A stretch of DNA of 60,490 bases, filler included, from Sphacelaria rigidula (lineage: Eukaryota), in the NCBI GenBank assembly GCA_964200075.2. It is 8 parts of 8 records of this genome, joined end to end, with 100 filler letters (N's around TTAATTAATTAA, not from the genome) between each part and the next. Parts side by side here need not be neighbours in the genome. Positions count along the whole stretch, not along the records: positions 7,575 to 15,048 come from CAXNAA020014760.1; positions 15,149 to 22,622 come from CAXNAA020014761.1; positions 22,723 to 30,196 come from CAXNAA020014762.1; 5 more parts are not named here. One strand, 5' to 3'. Numbering within the stretch: the stretch's first letter is position 1; each line of letters begins with the position of its first letter. The notes below the pieces were generated by a model. The model did not search any database, was not told the DNA's origin, and was given only the letters and a program-made list of their open reading frames with translations. This document shows, piece by piece, positions 11,929 to 23,912 of this stretch. A program made the translations under genes and the position numbers.

Positions 11929-12588
11929 TGTAGGCCGGTCGCCCCGGTGGCTCAGTGGATGACCTCGACACCTTCTGACGGTTGGATCGTGGGTTCAAAT
12001 CTCGGAACAATATGGGGTTTTTACTCACACCATGCCCAACAGTGGAGAACGACTATGTCCTGGTTACACAAAATAAGACTTAACGATCGACGAGGGAAAA
12101 AGGGACTGCTGAACCCCTCTCGCGATAAAAAATTAGAAGGCAAGCACCGAAGAAGGAAGGTGCAGTAGTAAAAACAAACAAAAGATAAAAAAAAAACTCC
12201 TGTCTTGGCCTTCCTCCTGTGTGACCCGGGCTGGTTCGCCCACATATACCGGAAGGTGTAGCCCGGCGTCTAGAATAGATGGGACGACAACACACAACAC
12301 AGAGTAGTCCACCTCCAGCCCACGTGCATGTGCATGATATGCTGACTGCGGGGTGGATATATGGATATGAGATTTACTTTGGAATAGGTCGTGGGACATT
12401 CTCGGGAGAAGGACTCTGACTGCGTGGCATATGCTGTGTGTGTTCGGGAAGGTGCAAGGGTCACCTTCCAGTCTAACGAAGACAACTGTTTGTGTGGCCG
12501 CTTTGTCTTGAAGTCTCTGAAGCCCTGCTGAGGAGGAAGCCTTTGCAGCAAGCACTGAGACGTTGTTCTGAATCCAGAGAAGTCTGTA
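11929..12588 (+). mobile_element. LTR of the TGTAGAGTAGTCCACC family, split by a SINE
   Basis: TGTAG at 11929-11933, then the SINE, then AGAGTAGTCCACCTCCAG...GTTCTGAATCCAG; homologous to 49571-49822 and 47835-48113. Confidence 0.7.
11934..12300 (+). mobile_element. tRNA-derived SINE, family 1
   Basis: Head GCCCCGGTGGCTCAGTGG (A box) and GGGTTCAAATC (B box), unique body, CA-rich tail; second copy inverted at 13377-13710. Confidence 0.8.
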
Positions 12589-13275
12589 GGTTCTGCCAGT
12601 CGTGCAGCATAAATCACGCGTACATGATCACCGCCCACACTGCCTTGAGCAAGGCTTAGCCGAGCCTCCGGGTAAATTGGCACATGAGCCCACCCGCGGG
12701 CTATGTTTTGGGTCAGGATCCCCCCTTTGTTCGAGGAAACAGAAGAGAGAAAAAAAGCAGAGGACCCAGATGGACCATTATGGCGATCGCAGGGTTAGAG
12801 CGCGGGAGGTATAGAATGCCATCGCGCTTAGGGTAAAGTTTTTGAATTTTTGGACGCATATCAATTCGTACGATTCCTGAGAGAAAGAAAGTTTGTTTTC
12901 GATTCCCCACCGGTATTCGTTGTGATACGAATCGAACGTTCGTTTTTCCTACCTGCCATTCGTAAGGCATGATATCAAGCGCATATCTTTCTCAACTGTC
13001 ATTCATACGGCATACGTCATACGTATATTTTTCCAGCCGTCACCCATACGGCATGAATCAAGTTCATGCGATATAAGGCATTGAACAAGCGCACAAATCT
13101 TTCTAACCTGCCATTCATGCGGCATGACTCAAGCATTTATCTTTTTTTCACTCACAATTCATACGGCATACGTCATACGTATATTTTTTCCAGCCGTTAC
13201 CCATACGTCATAAATCAGGTGCATGCGATTCCCATTTATCACTCATGCGACGTGAATCATGCCGTACATGTATTC

Positions 13276-14337
13276 CAAGGGCAGGTCGAGTAAACTTACA
13301 CTCAATACTCGGTATTTTTGAATAATCATACTTCTCTTACCCAAAATTTGAGTAGAGCATTTGACGTCGTACCCTATGTGTGTGTGTTGTCGTCGCATCT
13401 ATTCTGGACGTCGGTCTACACCTTTCGGTGAATGTGGGCGCCGGGATCACACAGCAAAAAAACCAACACAGGAGTTTTTTTTATTTATTTGTTCTGCGGT
13501 GCCTGCCTCTATTTTTTATCTCGAGAGGGGTTCAGCGGTTCCTTTCCCTCGTCGACCGTAAGGTCGAATTTGGGGTTTCCCCACGACATACTCGCTCTCC
13601 ACTATTAGGCACTGTGTGAGAAAAAATCCTAGATTGCTCCAAGATTCGAACCCACGACCTAATCGTCAGAAGGTTTCGAGGTTACCGACGGTGCCACCGG
13701 GGCGGCCAGCAACTTCGTACGCAATTTACCCAAAGATTGAGTAGAGTTTTTGAGGTCAGACTCGATCTACCCAAAGTTTGGGTATTCAGGTCATGCCCAA
13801 GTATTGCTGAGACTGCTTCCCCAATATTTGAGTAGAGTATTTTCGAGGTCATACCCAGGTGATACTCTATACTCAAGTATAAGTGAGAGCATTTACCCAA
13901 TAATTGAGTAGAGTATCTGAGGTCGTACCCGTTCTACCCCCAAATTTGACCAGAGTATTTGAGGTCATACTCAATCTACCCCAAAGTTTGAGTAGAGTGT
14001 GGAAGTCATACCCAAGTGATACTCTATACCCAGGTATTGCCGAGAGTGCTTACCCAATATTTGGGTAGAATATTCGAGGTCGTACCCAATCTACCCCAAA
14101 TTCGAGTAGAGCATATGAGGCCGTACCCGATCTACCCCAAATTTGAGTAGAGTATTTGGGGCCGTACCCAATCTAACCCAAATTTGAGTAGAGTGTTTGG
14201 GGCCGTACCCAATCTACCCCAAATTTGAGCAGAGTATTTGGGGCCGCACCCAATATTGATTCAACATTGTGTAGAGTAAATACTCGGGTATTTCACCAGA
14301 GTATTCAATATTACGTACTCTGCTCGACCTGGCCTTG
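13276..14337. mobile_element. Non-autonomous P-element-like (or hAT-like) DNA transposon with internal 41-bp tandem repeats
   Basis: TIR CAAGG(G/C)CAGGTCGAG; perfect 8-bp TSD ATGTATTC at 13268-13275 and 14338-14345; GAGTAGAG at 14104, 14145 and 14186, GAGCAGAG at 14227. Confidence 0.85.
13377..13710 (-). mobile_element. tRNA-derived SINE, family 1, nested in the P-like element
   Basis: Reverse complement reads GCCCCGGTGGCACCGTCGG...GGGTTCGAATC; colinear with 11934-12300; (CA)n tail. Confidence 0.8.
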
Positions 14338-14648
14338 ATGTATTCCCCATTCGCGACTCGTGCGACATGAAAAAAAGGTCACATTACCCCCAGCAGTGAT
14401 TCGCACAAGAGCTGCCATTCGTGGATGTTTTGTAGTCTTGATTTATTCGTGACACTTTTTGAAGCGTACACAATCCCGTGCGTAATTCGTGAGATACTAC
14501 CCTCGAACGTATGTTCCTTTCATCCTTCACTCATACGTGATGTCTCTTTTGGCGCATGAACAACATTCAACCCTACCTCAACTGCCCCTCCCCCCCCCCC
14601 CCCCCCGCCCCGCGCGCGCATGCGCCATTTTTTTTCAATATGAACCAG

Positions 14649-14770
14649 AACAATTACGAGCGAGCACAGTTCAACGAGGGGAAAAAACGGATAGCGATCA
14701 TCTCGGACGCCTCTTCGGCAGGCATTTCTCTGCATGCGAACAGGATTCACGCCACCAACACACGCCGGAG
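14649..14770 (+). CDS. SBNO: Strawberry notch-like exon NNYERAQFNEGKKRIAIISDASSAGISLHANRIHATNTRR
   Basis: CAG acceptor in phase with 8133-8240, GT donor; matches the SBNO motif FxxGxKxIAIISxAxSxGISLHA..NxRRR. Confidence 0.9.
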
Positions 14771-14866
14771 GTGTAGACTGGTGAAGGGCAGTGATAGTAC
14801 CGGTGTAGGGCAGTAGTATGACCGGTGCAGTGCAGTAATAGAACCGGTGCATGGCACTAATATTCT

Positions 14867-15048
14867 CATGAGGCAGTGTATAAGCCGCGGCTGTGTCTGG
14901 AGTTGGCGATACCATACAACTAAGCAAATCATTGGAGGCGGTCATCCAAATGCAAGATAATGAGTAGGATTCGGGCCGAACAATCTGAGCAGGATGCAGG
15001 TCGCTCTTCATGCGACTCGCCGAGCACACCACAGCGCTTCGCGCTTGG
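14867..15048 (+). mobile_element. 5' part of C-tailed repeat type A, cut by the contig end
   Basis: Colinear with 38328-38495. Confidence 0.65.
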
Positions 15049-15148
15049 NNNNNNNNNNNNNNNNNNNNNNNNNNNNNNNNNNNNNNNNNNNNTTAATTAA
15101 TTAANNNNNNNNNNNNNNNNNNNNNNNNNNNNNNNNNNNNNNNNNNNN
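15049..15148. other. Artificial contig linker
   Basis: N44-TTAATTAATTAA-N44. Confidence 0.98.
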
Positions 15149-15265
15149 CTTCCACAGTAAAAATGGTTGCCGTCGGTCTTTTCTGTTTTTATCTTTTCTT
15201 CTTTGTCAGGGTTTTTCATAATGAGGCGTCTGGCGCGGGGACGGGAGGGGAGGGTCCCAAAAGGG
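15149..15265. mobile_element. Terminus of a piggyBac-like non-autonomous element
   Basis: Ends GGTCCCAAAAGGG|TCAA; reverse-complement match to 28837-28945. Confidence 0.6.
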
Positions 15266-15310
15266 TCAAGGGCAAGAATCACTTTCCAGGTGTCAGTACG
15301 ATGACCTTAA

Positions 15311-16337
15311 CCCTTTGGGGACCGGGCCTCCAGAACGATCAATGAAGCTGGTTAGGAATGACGTCTATGGCGTCTGCATGAAACAGTGGCGCTGAAAATC
15401 CGCGTATGTAACCGCAGGGTTATGAGGAAGACTGAATTCTTCACCCAATCTATTATCAGGTGCACGGTGCGCATTAGGTAATGTACATCTGATGTAGCAA
15501 GCAGTATGGGTCCCGGTAGAGAGCTTCCAACAGGATGCGGCGACCGGCGGGCCGCCCGCCACTTGTGGCGTTGAATTATACTTTTGTCCCTATCACCTTG
15601 CCACACAGCCCTTCGTGGTTAGGGGGGGGCGCCATTCCCCCCTTTGTTGCATGCGGCAAATTATCTTCGAAGGGTATCAGCGTTGCGGCGCGCATACATA
15701 TACTATGGTACAGTACAGTGTAGTACGCCTCTCCGACTGCAGCAGCAGCTGCCGCTGCATACCCCCTTGCACGTTCTAGGCAATTCTCAGCTATCGAGAT
15801 CAACTGCCTATACACCGCTCCTTCATCCCCGCCCACTACATACACATGTTAACTGCACACTGCAAGTCATCGGCAGAGGGATAAGCAGAATTCATGACGG
15901 TAGCTCCTTTCGTCTTTCCACGGCCCACCTAGATTTAGGGCCTCGTGAAAATGACCACATTATGGCATGTACACTCCTCCCCGGTTTTTTCCGGTCCACC
16001 CTGTGTTAGTGTAAATTACTACGTTTTAGTATAGAATTGGGACCCAAGAACACTCCGGAAAAACTCGGGAAGGCTATATTGAGTGTAATACCATAAAACC
16101 AAGCTGCGATCACCCTGCATTTGGAAACCTGGGGAGACTTATCTGGGCCAGGGATAGGGCCCCCACACGATGTTGGCAGTGGCATCACACTCGCGAACAA
16201 TCCCCACGCTGGTCGTTCGGGTCTGGTCGATAAATTTCGCCTCGCCGTGATTAGGCAAGTCGCTCGAATACTGATTTTTAATTATTTCACTAACGCAGGG
16301 TCAAGCCTGTGTTGGTAGGGGGTCGGTCCCAAAAGGG
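15311..16337. mobile_element. piggyBac-like non-autonomous element of about 1 kb
   Basis: TTAA|CCCTTTGGGGACCG ... CGGTCCCAAAAGGG|TTGA. Confidence 0.55.
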
Positions 16338-18757
16338 TTGACGCATGAAAAAAAAACTTGTGTGCACTGGTATTTGTTTTACTATGCCCTCTTCATCGTC
16401 CATACAAAATTTAGAATCCAACTCTAAACATTGGCCGGCTGATGGGCTTGCAAAATATTAATTCGCTTCTCAGCTGGCCCAGCTCGTATGCCTCTCCTGA
16501 ATCAAGGCCCTGTCATATGATATACACCTTGTGCTCGCCCTTACGTTACAAGACACCCGGGGTGCTTTCCATCGTGATGCGAAATATACTCGAGCTGTTT
16601 GTAGCAAATTCAGCGCTATGCTCTATGTTTAACGAGTGCCGGTCGCCAACAATAGCCGCCGATCAAATGCTTTCAAGACTAGACCTTAGATTCTTCTATT
16701 ATCGGATTCCCCGCTTAGGATACTTGACAACTCCCTCACCGGTCGACCCAGCACGCACGTCACCCCCACCGCTAGGGTTGTAGCCGCAGCAACAGCCGCA
16801 TATCTTGCCCTGATCTGTCGCCATTCAGAGAGTGGGGAGAGAGATATTCTTGAGGACCTACACAATTTGTCGTCGCATTACTATACAGAAAACACGACTT
16901 CCGTCCTCAAATTGTACTGAAGCAATTCTATGGAGATATTTCAAGTAAAATGCTCTACAATAGGGTATGGAAACCTCCAAGCACAGCTTACAGCAGAAAC
17001 AAATGTTACCTGCGCGGGGTGGCTCCTAGGGAGTTGTCTAACCCTCTTGGGGACAAGATACAGGCTCAGTACGAAGACGAAACCATCGAAGCAACACCAC
17101 CACCATGCCTGAACAGAAGATAAACAGAATTCTACGCCCATGCCGGTCAATTGGCTCCTCCCCCGACCAACCCGGTGCCGTACCGGTCGCTTCGAGTCGC
17201 CGACCTGCTAACACTTTTATTGCCTTTTTCCCGTGTTCATATTGCCTCCATATCTTTTTCTCCGACCCGCGGTCGAGTAGGTCGAGATTCTGTCAGTCTT
17301 GCTACGTAAAAGTGAGATGACAAATAAGGTTATTGTGGCAGTTAAACAGTGGCGGAAGCTAGAACGAATCTGAAGCAACGTTTGACAAGTCGTCTTTGAT
17401 GGTACGGCCGACCCTTTTTTGGTGGTGTGTCGAAACCTAATAAAACAAGTGAAGCAGTAGTTTTGTAGCAGCTGTATGTCGTGGTGAAAAACGAAAACAA
17501 CTTACTTTCGTACATGATGATAGTGTGTCGAGACTGGGTGTTGTGTAGAGAAGAACTTTTATCAATTTTTTTACCGTTGAACCTGGTTGAACATGGCTGT
17601 GACTGTTCAGAACGTGATAATCAACAGAAATCACCCGCAAATTCGTATCGAAGGAGTGGTTTCACGGTACAGTAGGGGTGCTCATTTTTTTCCAGGCTCA
17701 GCACTTTCGGAGCCTCCGATGACAGATATCTGAACCGTGTAGTGTGCAGCCTCAGAAACTTTTGGACCAAGAAGTGCACTCCTACTATTATCAATCGTAC
17801 AATCCCTCAACGGAAGTACAGTATTTCGTCCCAATATGAGAACGTGGCGTCGTGATAACACGCGACCAGACCCTTGCGTCACATCCTCGATAAATAGCTG
17901 TGCACCTGCTCTGGTGTGTCTCACGCCCCACGATGATCCGAACGCCCTACGAATCGTAACCAGTGTGCGTAGCCTGTCGTTTGTATGCTCAGCGGATTGC
18001 TCCTGCGTGTTGAAAAAAGTTAATTTCAAAATGATTATTTTTCTCGCATCGCGTTTTTGAACGGAAGGGTGTTGAGCACCTGACATTAGCCTTCTTTAAC
18101 CCTTAGACAGCGAGCGTAGCTTCGGGAATACTTCATGGGCTGACCTTCAGGAGACATTCGGGGGTTTCCAGTGGCCGGGGAGGGTAGTTATTGACAGGGG
18201 GGAGGTGTCTATCCGCAGAGCAGCCGAAAAGCTCACAACCACGTGTCTGTAGAAGTTTCCCGCAGAAGCTTCTGAGCCAAGAACAAGACCCGAGATGCGC
18301 GGAATGTCCATTCTCACCAGTGACGGCCGTCGGAATGAGCACGTAGTTCTCCTACAGGTGCACTACATCAGGTAGATTACTTCGCTGTCCACTGGCATAT
18401 TTCATTTTGGTCGTGGCAATTCAACCATAGATTACATGGGTACAAACAACTTGATTTGTACTCTGCTCGAGGTCTATGCCGCCTGCTTGACGCCTCTTGT
18501 GTTGAAAGCATAGCTTCACTGTCGTCTGTAGGTTGTGGAACACTAAGCAGAGGCATCAACAGCATGCAGTAAATTGTGTCCAGTCGAGCGCGATAGCGCA
18601 CTTACATTAACTCTTGCCTGGCGAAGATATTCAGCACAAATACTGTCTCTGTGCCCTATTGACTGCAGCGTCAAGACTGATCACGGGTTCTCCGGGATTA
18701 TTTTTACTTCGACAAGGTTCTGTCGAGAGAAAAAAACAGACACGGAGTCCCCCCCCC

Positions 18758-18902
18758 GTAATAAGCGCCGGGATGTTGGAGGTGTCCCTATTAGAAGTAG
18801 GAACGGTGCTCCGCCTCGAAAGGGTGCGTGGTCAATGGTCACACGACTAAGGCAAGCAACAATTATTGAGTACGTCCCCCGCCCCCCTCCCCCCCCCCTC
18901 CC
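18758..18902 (+). mobile_element. C-tailed repeat type B
   Basis: GGAACGGTGCTCCGCCTCGAAAGGGTGCGTGGTCAATGG...GAGTACG plus C-tract; copies at 43565-43680 and 45035-45165 (-). Confidence 0.65.
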
Positions 18903-19674
18903 GGAAGACAATTTTCCGAAAATGGTCATGGCTTTTTATTCTTTTTTTGGTCATTTTTTTTTCTTGTTGAATTTGTTGGAAACAAAATATTCAACACTAA
19001 CAAGAACCGAAATATCTGCCGGGCTTTACGAGGTTCGTATATTCGCTTCTGCTCCTTGTCCGCCCTGTCCTGATAACCTCGGATGCCGGCAACGCTCACA
19101 CACATCTACTATGTACAATACACGAGCGCACGGCAGCGACAGCCTGTAGCCAAAGTAGCAACAATATCTCACGCATCGCCAAATTTGTCCCGACTACTAG
19201 TGGTGAATAGTCGAGGCACACGACACGAAACATGATCTCATAAATGTAATCATGGTAGGTGATGAGCTTGGAGGGGCGGTGTGTCCATCATCTCAACGGT
19301 CTCCATGCCAAGAATCTCCGTACACGGCAGCTGACCATATCCTCGACAATAAACTAGGGGACGGAAGGCTGGGTCCCCCCCCCTATCCCTACCCCTCAAA
19401 AACTCGAATTTTTTATCTTGGGGTCTACGTGTTGTCCCGAAATATATTTTCGACAGACCCTTGATCTCGATGCTACATATTATATCTACATGTTGTGAAA
19501 AAGGCGTTTTGTGTAGCGAGAAAAGAGCTGCTGTTCTGAACCCCAAATGTCGTATAGCCCAACTCAGTCCACCTGCGGGGGGTTGTTGTCCAAGGGGGAA
19601 CGATAAAAAACATGAACAGCCACAACCATCAAAGCAAAGCTCTTCCTTCAACATCCTTGTCTCATTAAGACGGA

Positions 19675-20095
19675 TCCTCCGGCCGTGTCTTACCGAGATC
19701 CAAAAAGGCGAGATACGAAACAACTGTCCAAAAGTGACGTCTTGATTGGTTACTCCAACCATAGGCCCGCTCGTCGATTCCGCCCGTCGATCCCGCCCGT
19801 CGATCAATCAACGAACACGATGCTTTGGACGCTCGTTTTGTTTTTCGCTCACTTTTTTGGCTTCCATAAGACACGGTCTTGTCGAGACACGGTCTACTTA
19901 TCGAGACCAAAGGAGAAACGTGAGAGGGAACAAACGTTCAAAAGCAACATGTTGACTAATCGCCACAACCATAGACCCGGTTGTCAATCAATCAAGGAAC
20001 ATGGTGCTTTGGACGCTTGTTCCCTTTCACGCTTCCTTTTTTTGCCTCGACAAGACACGGCCGAAGATAGGGCTCTGCTGATGGGTCGAGACACA
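19675..20095. repeat. Four units of about 80-90 bp in alternating orientation
   Basis: CAATCAA..TGCTTTGGACGCT..AAGACACGG forward near 19800 and 19985, reverse near 19680-19750 and 19890-19960. Confidence 0.6.
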
Positions 20096-22622
20096 TATGC
20101 TCGGCGGGTCGCCCCCTCGTGCCTGAATCAACAAAAATTACCACCATACTGAATCGAATCTGGCAATCCATTCAACCTGCAGAGATGCATCACGACTGGA
20201 GACGCCTTGCGCGCTCCACGTTTGCTGTTGTTGTGTCATACGTGATGTTGGGTCGGGAATTCAGAGTGTGACTCATTTGTGACCGTCTCGTGTATGTCTG
20301 GTATGGAGTAGGACAGGCAGGCGCTCGTCCTCATATATATTTTTTCGGTGCTTGACTTGACAGAGTCGTTAGGCTCAAGAGGAAAGGATGAACTCGGTTG
20401 GTCGTCCTGCTCCTTTCTCTTTTAGGTCATTTTTTATTATGCCGCCTTATTGTAGTTGCTCCCTACAAGTGTGGGTATTTTCTTGTCAAATGGTTTGATT
20501 GTTTGTTTGATGCCGCAGACGTTTGTTTAACCCCCGGACGAATGAATTCCAGTAAAAGGCTGTCCACTGTCTACTGCAGCTTGTTTCTTTTGTGCCGTTT
20601 GTGTAGATGCTCCAGTTATAAAACACAGTTATCTTGTGGTGTAGATCCCGGTTGTCACTGGTGGCTGTTGTGATCAACGCGCGTTTCCTCATACGTTGAC
20701 TCACGGTAGATTTGCGAGCGTGGGACCAAATCCCGACGAGAATCGCACCCTAACTTCATATCGATGCCCCGGGGGGACGGCTATGCTGCCTCAGCAGATA
20801 GTGCTGACTCCCCTTTTTGTACACAGTATTAGTATACAAATACGCTTCTGCCGGCTGGCGCTATAGACGAGCACGATCGTCTTCAAGCACCCGCGAGGCG
20901 CGGGGGTGGGAAGTGAAGGGCCGTCACTATAGATTTGCAAGATTCAGGGCTGTAACGTTTTGAAGGAGCGCGTTCGTTTGTGTGTGAGTTACGGTGGATG
21001 CCGTAGAGCTCGGGCAAAAGTTTAGCCGAGTGTGTAGTTTACACCACTACTACTGCTACACTACTCTGTAGACTAGAAGTCTCAGTGGGAAGAGGTGTGC
21101 AATGCATTAGGGCGCCCTGTGTGATTTTCAGGCAGCACTGAGTGTATCAGAGGGCTCGATGAAGCATGTCATGTACGGAATACTCCCTCTACCGAGGAGG
21201 AGTGCCGCTTCAAGGTTTCAAGAACGTACTTGTACAAAATCCGTTTCATATTTTACACGGGGGCGGAGCGTAGGGGGGAGGTGGGAGTGCGACCTGGGGT
21301 CTCTTCATGTTTCCAGGACGACGTTAGCTTTTCCCACCGATAATAGGCTGCACGCTGTGATGGATACGTCGAAATAAATCGAAGAAATATTCATTTGGCT
21401 CACTCGTGGCACTGGCACTGTAACCTGAGGCGAAGACACGGAACTCAGCGGTTTATACTAACCGTGATTAAAATTAAAACTTCCTGGCTGTCTTGGGCTT
21501 GCTTTCACATAGCTATCAAGCTCTTGTTACTAGGAACTATTCCTCGTGGATGTTGCCGAGAGCAACCACCATAACGGATTTCCAAGAACGTGACAAACCA
21601 AGAAAGTGGGAATACACGATCCCAGGAACGTCAAGTGTAGCCACGCGGACTGTTGGGAAAAGAGCGCGAAAGTTCGGCAAGGTATGCGTCTATTTTTGTT
21701 ATTGTTGTGGTCATTTTGCGAACATGGCGCAGGTGAGCGGCGCTCTCGGCGGAGGCGAAGCCGCCGGCTTGCTACCAAATCCAAAATACTCTGGCACAAA
21801 GAAGATATGTCTTGTTTCACGAAAGACAAAACTGGACCATACCAGGACCTCCCGCACCCAACTACGTACATGATTCTTTTTGCTTTCTCACTGAGTTTTG
21901 ACATTTTCGCATTTTTTGCCGAAATTTCGAATCGTTCCAACTCTTTTTTTTCTTGGAATCCTGAAAAAAGTTGTGCGTGTTGACGGTAAAACTACCGTCT
22001 CAAAATTTCATCGTCTAAGTCGTGAAATTGGGCACCTCGTCACCCGAGTACCGACAAAAAACACCATCAGCTGACCCAACTCGTACTTTCTTCAAGCGAC
22101 TAATGCCGGCCATAAGTGATCCAAGTGATTGCGGGTCCAAACAAAACTCACGTCATGTACTCATCAAGCAATTTCGCCTTCCGTATTCTCGAGTATTAGA
22201 TTTTGGATGGCATCCTCATCCTCATCATACTGGAGCATATCCAATGGACTTCGGGGTAGTATTACCCCATTTGGGACCGGACTCCGCACAATACGGTGTT
22301 GTATGTGGCAGTTCATCACCACAATGGTGCGTGTCAGCGGCAGGTATCCATTTGTCCTATTTTCAAGTCAAAATGGTGCCGATTCACGAAGAGGCTCCTG
22401 CAGCATCGTTTTGACTTCGGAACAACATAAATGGACGCCTGCCACTAACACGCGATTGTGGGGCAGAGGATCCCGAAAGGGTTATTAGTACAGTAGCACG
22501 ACGACACTCTGAATAAAGGCAAGCATCGCAGAAGGAAGGCGAGGTATTAACAACAAATGAGTCATCCTACGATAGGGGGGGGGGGGGGGGCAGTTTGGGC
22601 CGTTTTTTACACGAAAATCCCG

Positions 22623-22722
22623 NNNNNNNNNNNNNNNNNNNNNNNNNNNNNNNNNNNNNNNNNNNNTTAATTAATTAANNNNNNNNNNNNNNNNNNNNNN
22701 NNNNNNNNNNNNNNNNNNNNNN
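22623..22722. other. Artificial contig linker
   Basis: N44-TTAATTAATTAA-N44. Confidence 0.98.
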
Positions 22723-22822
22723 AGCCCGGTCCGGCGAAAACCCGGCGTGCTCCGTCCCAGCATTGTAGGGATGCGAGGTCAACGGTCGTACGACTATGGC
22801 ATTCATCATCATGAGTACACCC
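22723..22822 (+). mobile_element. 3' part of C-tailed repeat type A
   Basis: GGTCCGGCGAAAACCCGGCGTGCTCCGTCCCAGC...GGGATGCGAGGTCAA...GAGTACACCC. Confidence 0.7.
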
Positions 22823-23697
22823 AATCGACGTACAGTATCTGACATAACTCCGAGCAAAAACAGTATCGTGGCGGACGCTACTTGCATTGATTGCGTGGGC
22901 AAAGCCTCGTTCAACTGGCTCAAGTACGACCACCATGCATGGGGAAACCACCGAAAGATTACCTTCGCGAAACGTGACAGGCTAGTTTTCTGTTGGTCCA
23001 GATCCACACAATTCTGCACATTGCTGTATTCCCCGTGTGCAGCAAAAACGCACCCTGCGCCACTGGTAACTGTCCGCGTACCCTCTCCGCAAGTATTGCA
23101 CCGAAGGACACAACGCGTGTACTGCACTATGATTTGCTCAACCCTAAGACGGCGAGACAGGGTCATCAGTTCAATCGGCATCAATTTCACTTGAAAAAAG
23201 TATACATGATCCAGATGGACTACTCGCAGGGTGAAAATTAATCATACTGTAGCACATGGAAATGGAAAGAGCCGATCACACCCCAATTGGACCGCGAGAA
23301 TCAGCAGAACAGCCCAACCATTTCCCATCCGCGACTAGAGCCTGCAATACATGGCGTAATGCCGCTTATGCCAGGCTAGTGCTGCTTCAGGTATTCATTC
23401 TTTGAGAGCAACACTAGCATCCACGACTTGACTAAAACATTATGCTGGTGCTTCTTTGCCCTGCCCCAGTCTGCGCTGCTAGCTGTCATTGACGTCGGGG
23501 TTCAGCGGAGTGTCTCTGTCCAGAAGTTCAACAACCAGCGGTCAAAACAAGAAAGGTGAACCGGTGGGCAGGGTAGAAATTCTCCTCCAGCACACGAAAG
23601 CGTGCCAAATCTCGCACTTCGAATATAAGGACGATGATCAGCTACACGCCACCGGCCAAGATCAGATATGGTGCGGCACCCAGCTCCTTTGACTCAC

Positions 23698-23912
23698 TCA
23701 ATTCCATTGATGACCGCGTGGGGACTCATGTACCTGGCGGTGAGTTTAGAAGGGCGCTGAACCATGTTTCTTCGAGTAGGACCGGCACCTGTCGCTGTGG
23801 AGAAGAGGCTGACTGACGCCGCCCCCCCGATGGACACAAACGCTTCATTTACGGGGATGAAGGAAGAAAGAAGCACTCCAATGGCACACGCGGCGCTGGA
23901 ATTCTTGATCAT
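23698..23912 (-). CDS. Probable first exon of a plastid-targeted protein (signal peptide, AF motif, transit peptide)
   Basis: MIKNSSAACAIGVLLSSFIPVNEA|FVS, then an S/T/A/R-rich segment and a GA|GTGAGT donor; mature protein not identified. Confidence 0.5.

Larger units (their letters stand above)
10820..14560 (+). repeat. Degenerate 42-bp-unit array (TACATGTTTCCCACCTTCCATTCATGCAGCATGAATCG-like), interrupted by nested insertions
   Basis: Recurrent CATTCAT..ATGAAT units, clearest at 12900-13275; same family at 41400-43500. Confidence 0.55.

Noticed and set aside
11934..12010. Functional tRNA genes here and at 13640-13710, 37185-37254 and 42590-42630
   Set aside because: A/B boxes are present but the cloverleaf stems are broken. 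The first three continue into shared SINE bodies; the last is only a B-box fragment.
15149..22622. Small candidate exons on contig 3 (for example ENYVLIPTAVTG near 18318-18352 on -, ATGGCGCAG|GTGAG near 21724 on +)
   Set aside because: Too short, with no recognisable homology or consistent gene model.
22723..22760. Twister or hammerhead ribozyme in the C-tailed repeat (CCGGTCC...CCCGG; CTGATGA at about 30149)
   Set aside because: The resemblance is partial, the other core nucleotides were not found, and CTGATGA occurs in only one copy.
14867..22822. Contig 2 end and contig 4 start look like consecutive halves of one repeat copy
   Set aside because: Assemblies break at similar points in a high-copy repeat, so this is not evidence of adjacency.
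22940..23145. Second exon of the plastid-targeted gene, or a UGA-selenocysteine frame
   Set aside because: Several frames and splice sites are possible, and none gives a recognisable protein.
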